DNA of 64,000 nucleotides. Source: Pseudomonadota bacterium (GTDB taxonomy: Bacteria; Pseudomonadota; Gammaproteobacteria; Pseudomonadales; Azotimanducaceae). Both the position numbers and the translations under genes were made by a program. Below, piece after piece: positions 43,088-52,722 of this stretch (position 1 is its first letter; each line of letters begins with the position of its first letter). The notes beneath the pieces were generated by a model that was given only the letters and a program-made list of their open reading frames with translations, did no database searches and was not told the DNA's origin. The stretch spans positions 3,197 through 67,196 of the forward strand of contig JAYZES010000002.1 in the NCBI GenBank assembly GCA_036337195.1, in the 5' to 3' direction.

Positions 43088-45337
43088 GTGCTAAACATGG
43101 AACATAACAGAAACTTTAACGGTGTCATAAAAAAAACCACTAACAGCTCTTTAGCATCGTGGTTACAAAGCAAAAGCGTCTTGAAACGGAGGCCCAATAT
43201 CGTAATGATAGTTTTAGACGATGTTGGATACTCCCAACTTGGTTGTTATGGAGGGGACATTGAAACCCCAGCAATCAATAGCCTCGCCGCCGAGGGACTA
43301 CGTTACGCGAATTTTCATGTTACGCCCCTTTGCTCCACAACCCGAGCATGCCTCTTGACTGGTCGTAACCACCACAGCGTTGGTGTTGGCCGCGTTGTCG
43401 AAAGCACCAACGGTTATCCCAATACTCGCGGATTCATTTCAAAAGAAGCAGCCAATTTAGCAGAAATCCTTCGCCCTCATGGCTACCAAAATTTAGCAGC
43501 CGGAAAATGGCACCTTGCATCGTGTGACGACACAAGTCCAGCGGGACCATACGACCATTGGCCTCTCCAGAGCGGATTTGACCGATTCTATGGTTTTCTA
43601 TCAGGCGAAACCAACCAGTGGAACCCTGAACTCATCTTGGGTAATGAAAGAATCGCTCCACCATCTCAGGAAAACTATCACCTGTCGGAAGGCATCATCA
43701 GCGAATCCTGTAAATGGTTGCGTCAACTGGTATCTGCTGATTCAGATAAACCCTTCTTTCTTTATACTGCTTTCGCTGCAGGCCATTCACCGCACCATGT
43801 TCCACGCAACTTCGCAGATAAATACAAGGGCCGATTCGATGATGGATGGGATGCTGCTAGAGAGCGTATATTAGATCGCCAGAAATCGTCCGGTTTACTT
43901 CCTTCAAATCAATTACTTGCTCCCCGTAATCCTGGTGTCCAAGCCTGGAAAGACCTGACATCGGAGGAAAAAAAAGTTTGCGCAAGATTCCAAGAGGTTT
44001 TTGCCGGATTTATTGACCACTGTGATTCACAGATAGAAAAACTCCTAGCCCAGCTAGATGCGCTAGGAAAACGGGAAAACACTATTGTTATTGCACTTTC
44101 AGATAATGGAGCTGCTTCTTTAGGTGGACCCCTGGGCAGCTATGACCATCAACGCAGTCGCGGAGGACATCCGCCTACTAATACGGAAAATATGATGCGA
44201 TTAAACGATCTAGGTGGTCCGTCGAACTATAGTATTTATCCATTCGGGTGGGCGATGGCAGGCAATACACCTTTCAAGCGATATAAGGGCAATACCTATG
44301 CGGGAGGAATCCGAGCACCATTAATTATTCGATGGCCAGAAGGAATAAAGGCCAAAGGGGAAGTACGACGGCAGTTTTATCATGCTGTGGATCTAATGCC
44401 GACTTTACTGGAGCTCATTGGTTTGTCCCTTCCTGAATATGTGAATGGTTTCGAGCAAATGCCACTGCACGGAACTTCTATGACAAGCTCATTGGACGAT
44501 AATCAGGCTAGTACTCAAAAACGGGTTCAATACTTCGAAACAACAGGACACCGAGCGATCTGGTCAGAAGGTTGGAAAGCAGTAACATTTCATAGAAAGG
44601 GTGACGACTTTGAGACCGAGGAGTGGGAACTATATGATCTCGAGGACGATATGGCGGAAATAGACAACCTCGCAGACCAACATCCAGAGAAACTAAACGA
44701 ACTAATAAAACTTTGGTGGCACGAAGCAGAGCGATATGGGGTACTCCCTCTTGACGATATGAGCAGTATGAATGGTTCTGGTTGGTGGCCAGAACAAAAA
44801 AAATGTTGGACCCTTTACCAAGATGCAGTAATCCCACATCACTTTAAAGCGGGTCCGCGACTATTTGGCGTATCGCACCGTATTAAAGTGCGATTAATAA
44901 AATCAGCAATTGACGATGGAGTCATAATTTCCGATGGTGGAAAATTTGGCGGCTGGTCCCTGTTTATTTATCAAAGACGTCTTCACTACACGGCAAATTA
45001 TTACGGTGACTTGGATCGAATATCTACTATTGGAGTTCTTCCCGATGGCAGCCTATCGATAAGAGTAGAGGTAATACGAACTGACAAACGGGAGGGGTTC
45101 GTGCGGCTCTTTGTCAATGAACGAGAGGCTGGCGAGGGTGCGCTAACTCAATTTCGCCGGTACAACTTCACTAATGAACCGCTTGAGGTGGGCAGAGATA
45201 GTCAGACTCCAGTAGATCAAGTTTATCAATCCCCTAATGTTTTCCCAGGCAAAATTTTGGATGTCATCATCGAGACTGCGAGCGACGCAATCGTTGATCA
45301 GAATATAGCCTTCGATGAATTAATGGGCTCTCAGTAA
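43088..45337 (+). CDS. Arylsulfatase-family protein with a long C-terminal extension; atypical CSTTR active-site motif; no signal peptide
   Basis: 749 aa with IVMIVLDDVGYSQLGCYG (metal-binding DD), PLCSTTRACLLTGRNHH (formylglycine motif position) and SDNGA blocks. The start is GTG 43088 or ATG 43097. Confidence 0.85.
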   Translation: MLNMEHNRNFNGVIKKTTNSSLASWLQSKSVLKRRPNIVMIVLDDVGYSQLGCYGGDIETPAINSLAAEGLRYANFHVTPLCSTTRACLLTGRNHHSVGVGRVVESTNGYPNTRGFISKEAANLAEILRPHGYQNLAAGKWHLASCDDTSPAGPYDHWPLQSGFDRFYGFLSGETNQWNPELILGNERIAPPSQENYHLSEGIISESCKWLRQLVSADSDKPFFLYTAFAAGHSPHHVPRNFADKYKGRFDDGWDAARERILDRQKSSGLLPSNQLLAPRNPGVQAWKDLTSEEKKVCARFQEVFAGFIDHCDSQIEKLLAQLDALGKRENTIVIALSDNGAASLGGPLGSYDHQRSRGGHPPTNTENMMRLNDLGGPSNYSIYPFGWAMAGNTPFKRYKGNTYAGGIRAPLIIRWPEGIKAKGEVRRQFYHAVDLMPTLLELIGLSLPEYVNGFEQMPLHGTSMTSSLDDNQASTQKRVQYFETTGHRAIWSEGWKAVTFHRKGDDFETEEWELYDLEDDMAEIDNLADQHPEKLNELIKLWWHEAERYGVLPLDDMSSMNGSGWWPEQKKCWTLYQDAVIPHHFKAGPRLFGVSHRIKVRLIKSAIDDGVIISDGGKFGGWSLFIYQRRLHYTANYYGDLDRISTIGVLPDGSLSIRVEVIRTDKREGFVRLFVNEREAGEGALTQFRRYNFTNEPLEVGRDSQTPVDQVYQSPNVFPGKILDVIIETASDAIVDQNIAFDELMGSQ

Positions 45338-45540
45338 GATAGCTGTGTGAATATGAGCTGCAAATTAAAGGTGCAACTGCTCGCACTCCTTAACGCATTG
45401 AGGAACTTGGGTTTCTTCCTGAGTTTGCTGCCAAAAGAGTCGGGATATGCATTGCCTCATTTCATCCAAACAACTACTTAGGAAGCGCCGTGCTCTTGTT
45501 ACTTTCAACTAAGATTTCAGTTTAGAAAAGGATATTACCC

Positions 45541-47364
45541 TTGGACGTGAAAAAGGAAGAGGCGGCGGTATTAGAAATTATGCAGGCCCATTGCGATGCC
45601 CTAAAAAGATCAGATATTCAGGTTTTACTCAGTCTCTATTCGAAAGACTGGAAGGACTATCATGGGGCAACCAAAGACAGTCTAGAGTATCAGTATAAGC
45701 AGACCGATGAGAAAACAGGGGGCAAAGGGGTCTCATTGTCTGAAACGATTCAAGATATCGATACCACCGCAGCTCGAGTTACTATCAACGGGAAAAAAGC
45801 CATTTTCTCGCCAGTAACACACATTTCGTCGGGCGGCAGCATTAGCTATGCTCATACCTTAAAGAAGGAGGTCGATGGGGTTTGGCGTCTGGTTTATACA
45901 AAAGGAATTGATTGGGAAACATTCCCACTAGATTCCGAGGGAAGAATGAATAAGGCAGCGATAGCACGATCAGCCCTTGCCTCTCGACGATTCCGGGAAC
46001 AAATACTTAGTGATCCTCACCGGCCTGGCTACCACATAGTATCTCCTGAAGGGTTTGGAGCCCCTTTCGATCCGAACGGCGCGATCTACTGGAAAGGCAG
46101 ATACCATCTTTTCTATATCTTTCAGGACCAACGATTTGGCAAAAAATTAGATCATTGGGGTCATATTTCTAGCACGGATCTTTTCCATTGGCGCCATCAC
46201 CCAACTACCCTTCTAGTAGGAATGTATAGCGGTAATTGCTTCGTTAATAAGGATGGAATACCCACTATCTGTTATCACCAGGTAGACAAAGGAAATGCGA
46301 TGGCAGTAGCTCTAGATGACGACTTAAACAACTGGGAAAAATTAGAAGTAATCACTCCGGAAACTAAAGCAGGTGATAAATATCATGAGAGATATCGCTC
46401 ATGGGACCCTTTCGGCTGGCTGGAAGATGGTACCTATTACGCTATTTTCGGTGGAAAAAATCCGGGGATTGCAAAGTCCCCAACCCTTAAAGGTGACTGG
46501 AAATATACAGGGGATCTTTTTGCTCACGGAGTCGAGGGCATAGCCTTGGATGAGGATGTTTCCTGTGCTGATCTTTTTAAGTTAAGTAACAAAGATATCT
46601 TGATGTGTATTAGCCACAAACTTGGGTGCCGTTATTACATTGGTGAGTGGAAAGACGAACAATTTTACCCAGAGTCCCACGCGCAGATGAGTTGGAATGA
46701 TAACTCCTTTTTTGCCCCAGAAAGCTTGATTGATGACAAGGGAAGGCGAATCATGTGGGCATGGCTAATGGATGTCGTACATTGGGGACAAGGCTGGGAA
46801 AGGGGCTGGACAGGAACGATGAGTTTACCCCGAGTATTGTCTATCAGCGATGAAGGAACTATGCTGATAGATGTCCCGGAAGAAATAGAAGCGCTGCGTT
46901 ATCGACCTTTCAGCAGGAATAACTTAAACATATACCCTGATAAAGAACAGTTAATCGAAAATATAGGTTCGAATAGTATAGAACTCTCTATCGAGATGGA
47001 AAGTGAAGGAGCTTCAGAATATGGAGTAAAGGTTTGTACGTCCGCAGATGGAAACGAACAAACAATAATTTCCTATGAGCCCTCACGTAAAATAATCAAA
47101 ATAGATGCTAGCCAATCTGGCCCCGTTATAGAACCAAAGAACGTGGAAGAAGGTCCCTTTTCCCTAAACGAAAATGAAGCACTAAATCTTCGAGTTTTCA
47201 TTGATAAATCAATCGTGGAAGTTTTCGCTAATCGTAGACAAGCGATAATGCGATTTGTTTATCCATCATCGAATAGTCTTGGTATTAGCCTATTTTCAAG
47301 GGGTTCCTTGACCACAGTACGTAGTTTCAAATGCTGGCACATCTCACCATCGAATCCGTTTTGA
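45541..47364 (+). CDS. GH32-like (beta-fructofuranosidase fold) protein with an N-terminal NTF2/SnoaL-like domain
   Basis: 607 aa. Residues ~155-470 carry GH32-type blocks (HRPGYH, FDPNG, WGHISSTDLFHW, SGN, WDP, GRRIMWAWL, WTGTMSLPR), followed by a beta-sandwich C-domain. Residues 1-125 look like a DUF4440/SnoaL-type domain. TTG start; no signal peptide. Confidence 0.7.
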   Translation: MDVKKEEAAVLEIMQAHCDALKRSDIQVLLSLYSKDWKDYHGATKDSLEYQYKQTDEKTGGKGVSLSETIQDIDTTAARVTINGKKAIFSPVTHISSGGSISYAHTLKKEVDGVWRLVYTKGIDWETFPLDSEGRMNKAAIARSALASRRFREQILSDPHRPGYHIVSPEGFGAPFDPNGAIYWKGRYHLFYIFQDQRFGKKLDHWGHISSTDLFHWRHHPTTLLVGMYSGNCFVNKDGIPTICYHQVDKGNAMAVALDDDLNNWEKLEVITPETKAGDKYHERYRSWDPFGWLEDGTYYAIFGGKNPGIAKSPTLKGDWKYTGDLFAHGVEGIALDEDVSCADLFKLSNKDILMCISHKLGCRYYIGEWKDEQFYPESHAQMSWNDNSFFAPESLIDDKGRRIMWAWLMDVVHWGQGWERGWTGTMSLPRVLSISDEGTMLIDVPEEIEALRYRPFSRNNLNIYPDKEQLIENIGSNSIELSIEMESEGASEYGVKVCTSADGNEQTIISYEPSRKIIKIDASQSGPVIEPKNVEEGPFSLNENEALNLRVFIDKSIVEVFANRRQAIMRFVYPSSNSLGISLFSRGSLTTVRSFKCWHISPSNPF

Positions 47365-47389
47365 AAAGGTTCAATAAGATAATTGATAA

Positions 47390-48556
47390 TCATTGACCAA
47401 TGCATTGATAAAAACTATTCACGAGCTTTAGAGATCGAGGCTTTACGCTACTACCTGCCTGCATTTGATTCATAGCGTAGCCAAATCCAACCTTATTTAA
47501 CGGGTCTGCAAATCCCAATGATCCTCCCGCGCCACCATGGCCGAAAGAGCCTTCATATGGCCCATAAGCTTTCTCGTGATTGAGCATAAAACCACGAGCG
47601 CGGCGGACCCTCGTGCCCAAGACATTATCAATCTTTCCGTCAACTTCTATTTTAGTAGCTGCAGCAATGGCTTCGGAGGAAATAATGTGGGTACCGTCAA
47701 GACAACCTTGGTTTGCTAAAGCACCGTAAATAGTTGCGATACCCCTAGCATTAGCCTGACCATTGGCTGCTGCAATCTCTGCACGACGCCAATCATTGCT
47801 ACTTGCATGGCGGTAAGGAGCGATAGAGGGATTTAAAAGAGCACTGGAGTAAAACTTGGCACCAGTCGATGGCTCGGATATATTTACGTTCGTGCGTGCC
47901 CGGTTTGGCCCAATCAAAACCCCACACCGCCTAATTTCTGTCTCAGGTATACCGATAAAAAAGTCCGCTTCTAAGGGACCTGAAACCTTTTCATGAAAAT
48001 AACTGCCAAGAGATCTTCCGGTTATTCTGCGAATTAACTCACCAGGGAAATAGCCCCAAGTAATAGCGTGATATCCAACGTCAGTACCGGGCTCCCAAAA
48101 TGGCTTCTGGGCAGCCAAGAGATTGGCCATCTTTGGGAAATCATAGAGGTCCTCAACCACCAATTTCTGATCAACGCCACATAATCCAGCCTGATGAGAT
48201 AACAATTGAGCAACAGTGATATTTTGCTTACCTTCTGCGCCAAACTCCGGCCAATAAGTTGTAACTTTCTCATTGTAATCAATTAACCCCTCATCAAACA
48301 GAACGGCAAGGGCAAGAGAAGCCATTCCCTTAGTTGTGGAATAAACATTAATAAGCGTATCTGACTCCCAAGGAATCGTCATCTCTCGATTAATATAGCC
48401 GCCCCAAATATCAATAACCTTTTCGCCCTCGTGAAAAACACAGCAGCTTGCCCCTACCTCAATATCTTTCCATAAATCGGCAAAAACATCGGCGACCCGC
48501 TCAAAACCATCTGATACATTACCTTCAACTGTAACGTTCATCGAAAACTCAGCCAT
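47390..48556 (-). CDS. Beta-lactamase-family serine hydrolase (EstB/class C-like esterase)
   Basis: 388 aa with the SxxK motif YSTTKGMASLA and no signal peptide. Confidence 0.75.
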   Translation of the reverse strand: MAEFSMNVTVEGNVSDGFERVADVFADLWKDIEVGASCCVFHEGEKVIDIWGGYINREMTIPWESDTLINVYSTTKGMASLALAVLFDEGLIDYNEKVTTYWPEFGAEGKQNITVAQLLSHQAGLCGVDQKLVVEDLYDFPKMANLLAAQKPFWEPGTDVGYHAITWGYFPGELIRRITGRSLGSYFHEKVSGPLEADFFIGIPETEIRRCGVLIGPNRARTNVNISEPSTGAKFYSSALLNPSIAPYRHASSNDWRRAEIAAANGQANARGIATIYGALANQGCLDGTHIISSEAIAAATKIEVDGKIDNVLGTRVRRARGFMLNHEKAYGPYEGSFGHGGAGGSLGFADPLNKVGFGYAMNQMQAGSSVKPRSLKLVNSFYQCIGQ

Positions 48557-48971
48557 ATTAGTCCCTTATATTATATAGCTCCTTAATTAAGAATTCTGGA
48601 TGTCACTCAGACACCGAAAGAGCTTGCCATTACTTGGAAACCAAGGCTTCATTACAACGTCTGTGCAGATGCTTTTGTAGGTGAGAATTTAACGAGATGC
48701 GGTAAGTTATTGGACGAAAGCAGTTTCCTGACGCGCTTAGAAGAACGAGAAAACATATAGCAGCCCAATGTAAACATGCTCATAGTAGTTATGAATGATG
48801 GTGCTGTGACTCAGGATATAATAAAGGTGCGGCTGAGAGGCCTTCCGAACCCGCCTCTGCAGTTGCTTTTGCTAACTTTTCTAGCAATGCTCAAGTCTCC
48901 GCGCTCAAAGAGTATCAAACAAAGTCGAATCAAGAAAAACGAAAGAGGCCTATCCATCAAACCTAGAATAA

Positions 48972-49877
48972 CTAGTTAAAAGCCCGCCTACTTGAAATAG
49001 CATTTGCAGCTCTTGAGCTATTTTTTCGTTCAAGCGCAGCAGAGATGAAATTACCTGCATCAATTAATTTATCGATATCAATACCAGTTTCATAGCCAAG
49101 CCCGTGCAACAAGTAAACCACATCCTCTGTTGCAACATTTCCAGTCGCACCCTCTGCATAAGGACATCCACCGAGACCGGCAACAGAACTGTCAATGACG
49201 CGAATACCATGAGCCAGAGAGGCATAAATATTTGCTAATGCCTGTCCATACGTATCGTGACAGTGAACAGCAAGTTTTGAAGCCGGAATGGTTTGCATCA
49301 ACAAATCTAATAACTCATCAAAACGAGCGGGAGTTCCGATACCAATGGTATCCCCAAGGGAAATTTCATAGCAGCCCATATCAAGCAGCGCACTTCCGAC
49401 CTCTAGGACACGCTCTGGCACAATTAAACCCTCGTAAGGACAGCCAACAACGCAAGAGATATAACCCCTTACTCGGACACCATCACTAATAGCTTTCTCC
49501 ATAAGAGGCTCAAAACGAGACAAACTTTCAGCGATTGAACAATTAATATTCCGCTGGTTAAATTCTTCAGAAGCAGCACTAAATACAGCCACCTCGTCTG
49601 CGCCAGCGGCCCGAGCCAAGTCATAGCCCCTTAGATTGGGTGTCAAGGCACTATATATAACTTCAGGACGCCGCGAGAATGACGCGAACACCTTATCAGT
49701 TCCGGCCATTTGAGGTATTGCTTTTGGACTCACAAAGCTACCCGCCTCTATATAGGAAACCCCAGCAGTTGCCAGCAAGTCGACCAACTTCGCTTTGGTT
49801 CCAGAATCAATTGGCCTAGATTCGTTCTGCAGGCCGTCACGTGCACCGACCTCAACAATTCTAATAAATTTACTCAC
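48972..49877 (-). CDS. Hydroxymethylglutaryl-CoA lyase family protein
   Basis: 301 aa with the IVEVGARDGLQNE start block and the DRE-TIM metallolyase pattern (HCHDTYG). Confidence 0.85.
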   Translation of the reverse strand: MSKFIRIVEVGARDGLQNESRPIDSGTKAKLVDLLATAGVSYIEAGSFVSPKAIPQMAGTDKVFASFSRRPEVIYSALTPNLRGYDLARAAGADEVAVFSAASEEFNQRNINCSIAESLSRFEPLMEKAISDGVRVRGYISCVVGCPYEGLIVPERVLEVGSALLDMGCYEISLGDTIGIGTPARFDELLDLLMQTIPASKLAVHCHDTYGQALANIYASLAHGIRVIDSSVAGLGGCPYAEGATGNVATEDVVYLLHGLGYETGIDIDKLIDAGNFISAALERKNSSRAANAISSRRAFN

Positions 49878-50154
49878 AACACTTCGCCATCAATGAGCCT
49901 ACAAAAAATGGAACAATGATTTTACGATATACCAAGTTTTGATCTATTTGAAACATGATGTGGTTATAGTTGCCCCACCAGTTTGGGATTAAAGATACTA
50001 CCCTGACCAGATCAGAGTGCCAATATTTTGTTATATTGGCGAACAGTTATTCACCCAGAGGAGCTTTCTTTTGACGTTTCAGGGTGTATTTCTTTGTTCT
50101 TATTAAGAAATTGTGTGATATAAGAAAGCAATCAGGTAGGCAAGGAACAAGACG

Positions 50155-51618
50155 ATGAAAGCAATTATGGTGATGTATGACTCGCTAAACCGTCACATGC
50201 TGCCTAACTATGGTTGTGATTGGGTACAAACCCCTAATTTTGAGCGACTAACAAACAGTGCTGTTACATTTAACAATCATTACGTAGGGAGTATGCCCTG
50301 TATGCCAGCGCGGAGAGAGATGCATACTGGCCGATATAATTTTTTACATCGTTCTTGGGGACCACACGAGCCCTTCGATGATTCTACTTTTTCGGAACTG
50401 AAAAATAACGGCATCTACTCTCATCTAGTGTCCGATCATTATCACTATTGGGAAGATGGCGGCGCTACATATCATCATCGTTATTCGAGTTGGGTAAATG
50501 TCCGCGGACAAGAAGGAGACCGCTGGAAGGGACAAGTCGCTGATCCTGAAGTCCCCGAGCATCATGGTCGACTCCCCAGATCATTCCTAGTCAACAAACA
50601 ATATATGCAGGAAGAGCATCTAACCCCTCAGGCACAAACCTTTTCAGAAGGATTAGAGTTTTTGCAAACGAACTGGAACCAAAACAATTGGTACCTGCAA
50701 ATCGAAACCTTTGACCCTCATGAACCTTTCTTCACTCTAAAGCAGTGGAAAGACCGATATAACTTTGAATGGAATGGACCTGAATTCGAGTGGCCAAAAT
50801 ATGAAAGAGTGACCGAAGATCCCGATGCCCAAGAATATCTTCGTTACCAGTACGCGGCACTCCTTACTCAGTGTGACCATTATCTAGGTAAAGTAATGGA
50901 CTTTATGGATGACCACAGCATGTGGGATGACACAATGCTCATGGTGGTAACTGACCATGGGTTTCTGCTAGGTGAACATGACTGGTGGGGCAAGATGCGC
51001 ATGCCCTGGTACAATGAAATTGCTCATATTCCACTGTTTATTTGGGATCCACGTCTAAATGTAAGGGGAGAACGCCGCTCCAGCCTTACTCAAACTATTG
51101 ATCTAGGTCCAACCATCCTTGAGTATTTTGGTCTAGAAATACCCAAGGACATGTTAGGCAGACCATTACGGGAGGTTATAAAAGATGATACCCCGCACCG
51201 AGACGCAGCATTATTTGGTATGTTCGGTGGTCACGTCAATGTCACTGATGGAAGATACACCTATATGCGTGCTCCAGAAACAGCTAACTATCCTCTGAAT
51301 CACTATACCTTAATGCCTTCGCATCTACGTCGCCCATTCTCTACCAGAGAACTAGAAAAAATGACTTGGAGCGAGCCGCTCCCCTTCAGCAAGAAATGTC
51401 CCGTAATGAAAATCCCATCTCATGGACCGGTGGGTCAATCGCCAGATATTTTCGAAACGAAATTATTCGACCTTGAGAATGACCCTAGCCAGACTGAATT
51501 AATCCATAACCCAGTAATCGAGAACAGAATGATTGAATTAATGATCACAGTCATGCAAGAGCATCACGCACCCAACGAACAATATATACGTCTAGGACTG
51601 GGGAATCCCAATGGTTGA
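50155..51618 (+). CDS. Sulfatase-family hydrolase (CMPAR formylglycine motif), no signal peptide
   Basis: 487 aa with IMVMYDSLNRHML, MPCMPARREMHTGR and VVTDHG blocks. Confidence 0.8.
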   Translation: MKAIMVMYDSLNRHMLPNYGCDWVQTPNFERLTNSAVTFNNHYVGSMPCMPARREMHTGRYNFLHRSWGPHEPFDDSTFSELKNNGIYSHLVSDHYHYWEDGGATYHHRYSSWVNVRGQEGDRWKGQVADPEVPEHHGRLPRSFLVNKQYMQEEHLTPQAQTFSEGLEFLQTNWNQNNWYLQIETFDPHEPFFTLKQWKDRYNFEWNGPEFEWPKYERVTEDPDAQEYLRYQYAALLTQCDHYLGKVMDFMDDHSMWDDTMLMVVTDHGFLLGEHDWWGKMRMPWYNEIAHIPLFIWDPRLNVRGERRSSLTQTIDLGPTILEYFGLEIPKDMLGRPLREVIKDDTPHRDAALFGMFGGHVNVTDGRYTYMRAPETANYPLNHYTLMPSHLRRPFSTRELEKMTWSEPLPFSKKCPVMKIPSHGPVGQSPDIFETKLFDLENDPSQTELIHNPVIENRMIELMITVMQEHHAPNEQYIRLGLGNPNG

Positions 51619-52441
51619 AGAGACCAAATTCACAGTGGTACCAATGACCCCAAACTTCGGTGCGGAGATTTCAGGAATAGATCTAAGCGACCGTTTAAGT
51701 AGAAAAATACTCAAAGATCTTGAGGATGCACTGCTGAAATGGAAGGTTCTTTTTTTTAGAAAACAAGAAATCGATATTGAGGATCAAAAGCGGCTTGGCC
51801 GCTCTTTTGGCAAACTAGAAGTACACCCTGTTTCACAACGCAATCCTCAAGTAGTTCGGATCGAAGAAGATGATGAACGAAGGGCGAATAATAATCTTTG
51901 GCACTCGGATATGTCCTTTAAACTCGAGCCACCGCTTGGATCTATCCTCAGGGGTTTAGAAATTCCCGCAGTAGGGGGTGATACCTTATTCGCCGATATG
52001 GAACAGGCTTATGAGGGACTAAGTGATGAGATCAAGGAACGTATTGATGGTGCTCAAGCGCTGCACTGCTGGCCATCAGCATGGATCGATCTCGCCATGC
52101 GTTCTACGGGCATATCAGATCGTGATGAATTCCGTCGTCAATGTCCGGACCCGAAGCATCCGATCGTGCGCAGTCACCCTAAAACAGGCAATAAGAGTCT
52201 GTATGTAAATGCCGCATTCACCCGAGAAATTATTGGTATGGGTAAAACGGAAAGCGATGAACTACTTACAAAACTTTACCAGCAAGCTGCAATACCCGAA
52301 TATCAGTGCCGGTTTCGCTGGCAGAAAAACTCTGTAGCATTTTGGGATAACCGCTGCACTCAGCACTATGCAGTAGCAGATTTTTTTCCTAATCGTCGTA
52401 TCGTCGAGCGGATTACTATCTGCGGCGATGTCCCTCTCTAG
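51611..52441 (+). CDS. TauD/TfdA-family Fe(II)/2-oxoglutarate dioxygenase
   Basis: 276 aa with the WHSDMSF (HxD) facial-triad block and the distal motif NRCTQHYA. Its ATG overlaps the upstream sulfatase by 8 nt. Confidence 0.8.
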   Translation: MVEETKFTVVPMTPNFGAEISGIDLSDRLSRKILKDLEDALLKWKVLFFRKQEIDIEDQKRLGRSFGKLEVHPVSQRNPQVVRIEEDDERRANNNLWHSDMSFKLEPPLGSILRGLEIPAVGGDTLFADMEQAYEGLSDEIKERIDGAQALHCWPSAWIDLAMRSTGISDRDEFRRQCPDPKHPIVRSHPKTGNKSLYVNAAFTREIIGMGKTESDELLTKLYQQAAIPEYQCRFRWQKNSVAFWDNRCTQHYAVADFFPNRRIVERITICGDVPL

Positions 52442-52722
52442 TACGGACGATTAAACAAGGTGATAACCTCACGACAACAGCAAGTTTTCATCCCATCCCT
52501 CAGCAAAGTCTCATTGCTACCAGAAAGCAGAGTCACTGCTCGATATCAAGGAAATATTGATTACCTAAAGTATCTACTGAAGCGCTAAGGAAAATTTATG
52601 TTTAGTAACTTTAGTCAACGTTCATATTCTCCAGGGAAACTTCTCGAGAGAGTAAGGGATGGTGAAAATGATGGTGCAGCCTTCCGCACTATTTTCCCTC
52701 TTGCAGTAGAGTAATTTCGAGT

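Noticed and set aside
48776-48979. A 67 aa ORF in the lyase-hydrolase spacer.
   Set aside because: It has no SD and a basic low-complexity C-terminus, it overlaps the lyase stop, and it carries no recognisable motif.
52439-52582. The frame stays open for 47 codons after the TauD TAG stop, which could suggest stop-codon read-through or a C-terminal extension.
   Set aside because: The TauD-family protein is already full length at the TAG. The downstream open frame is better explained as part of a decayed gene stub, and there is no read-through context signal.
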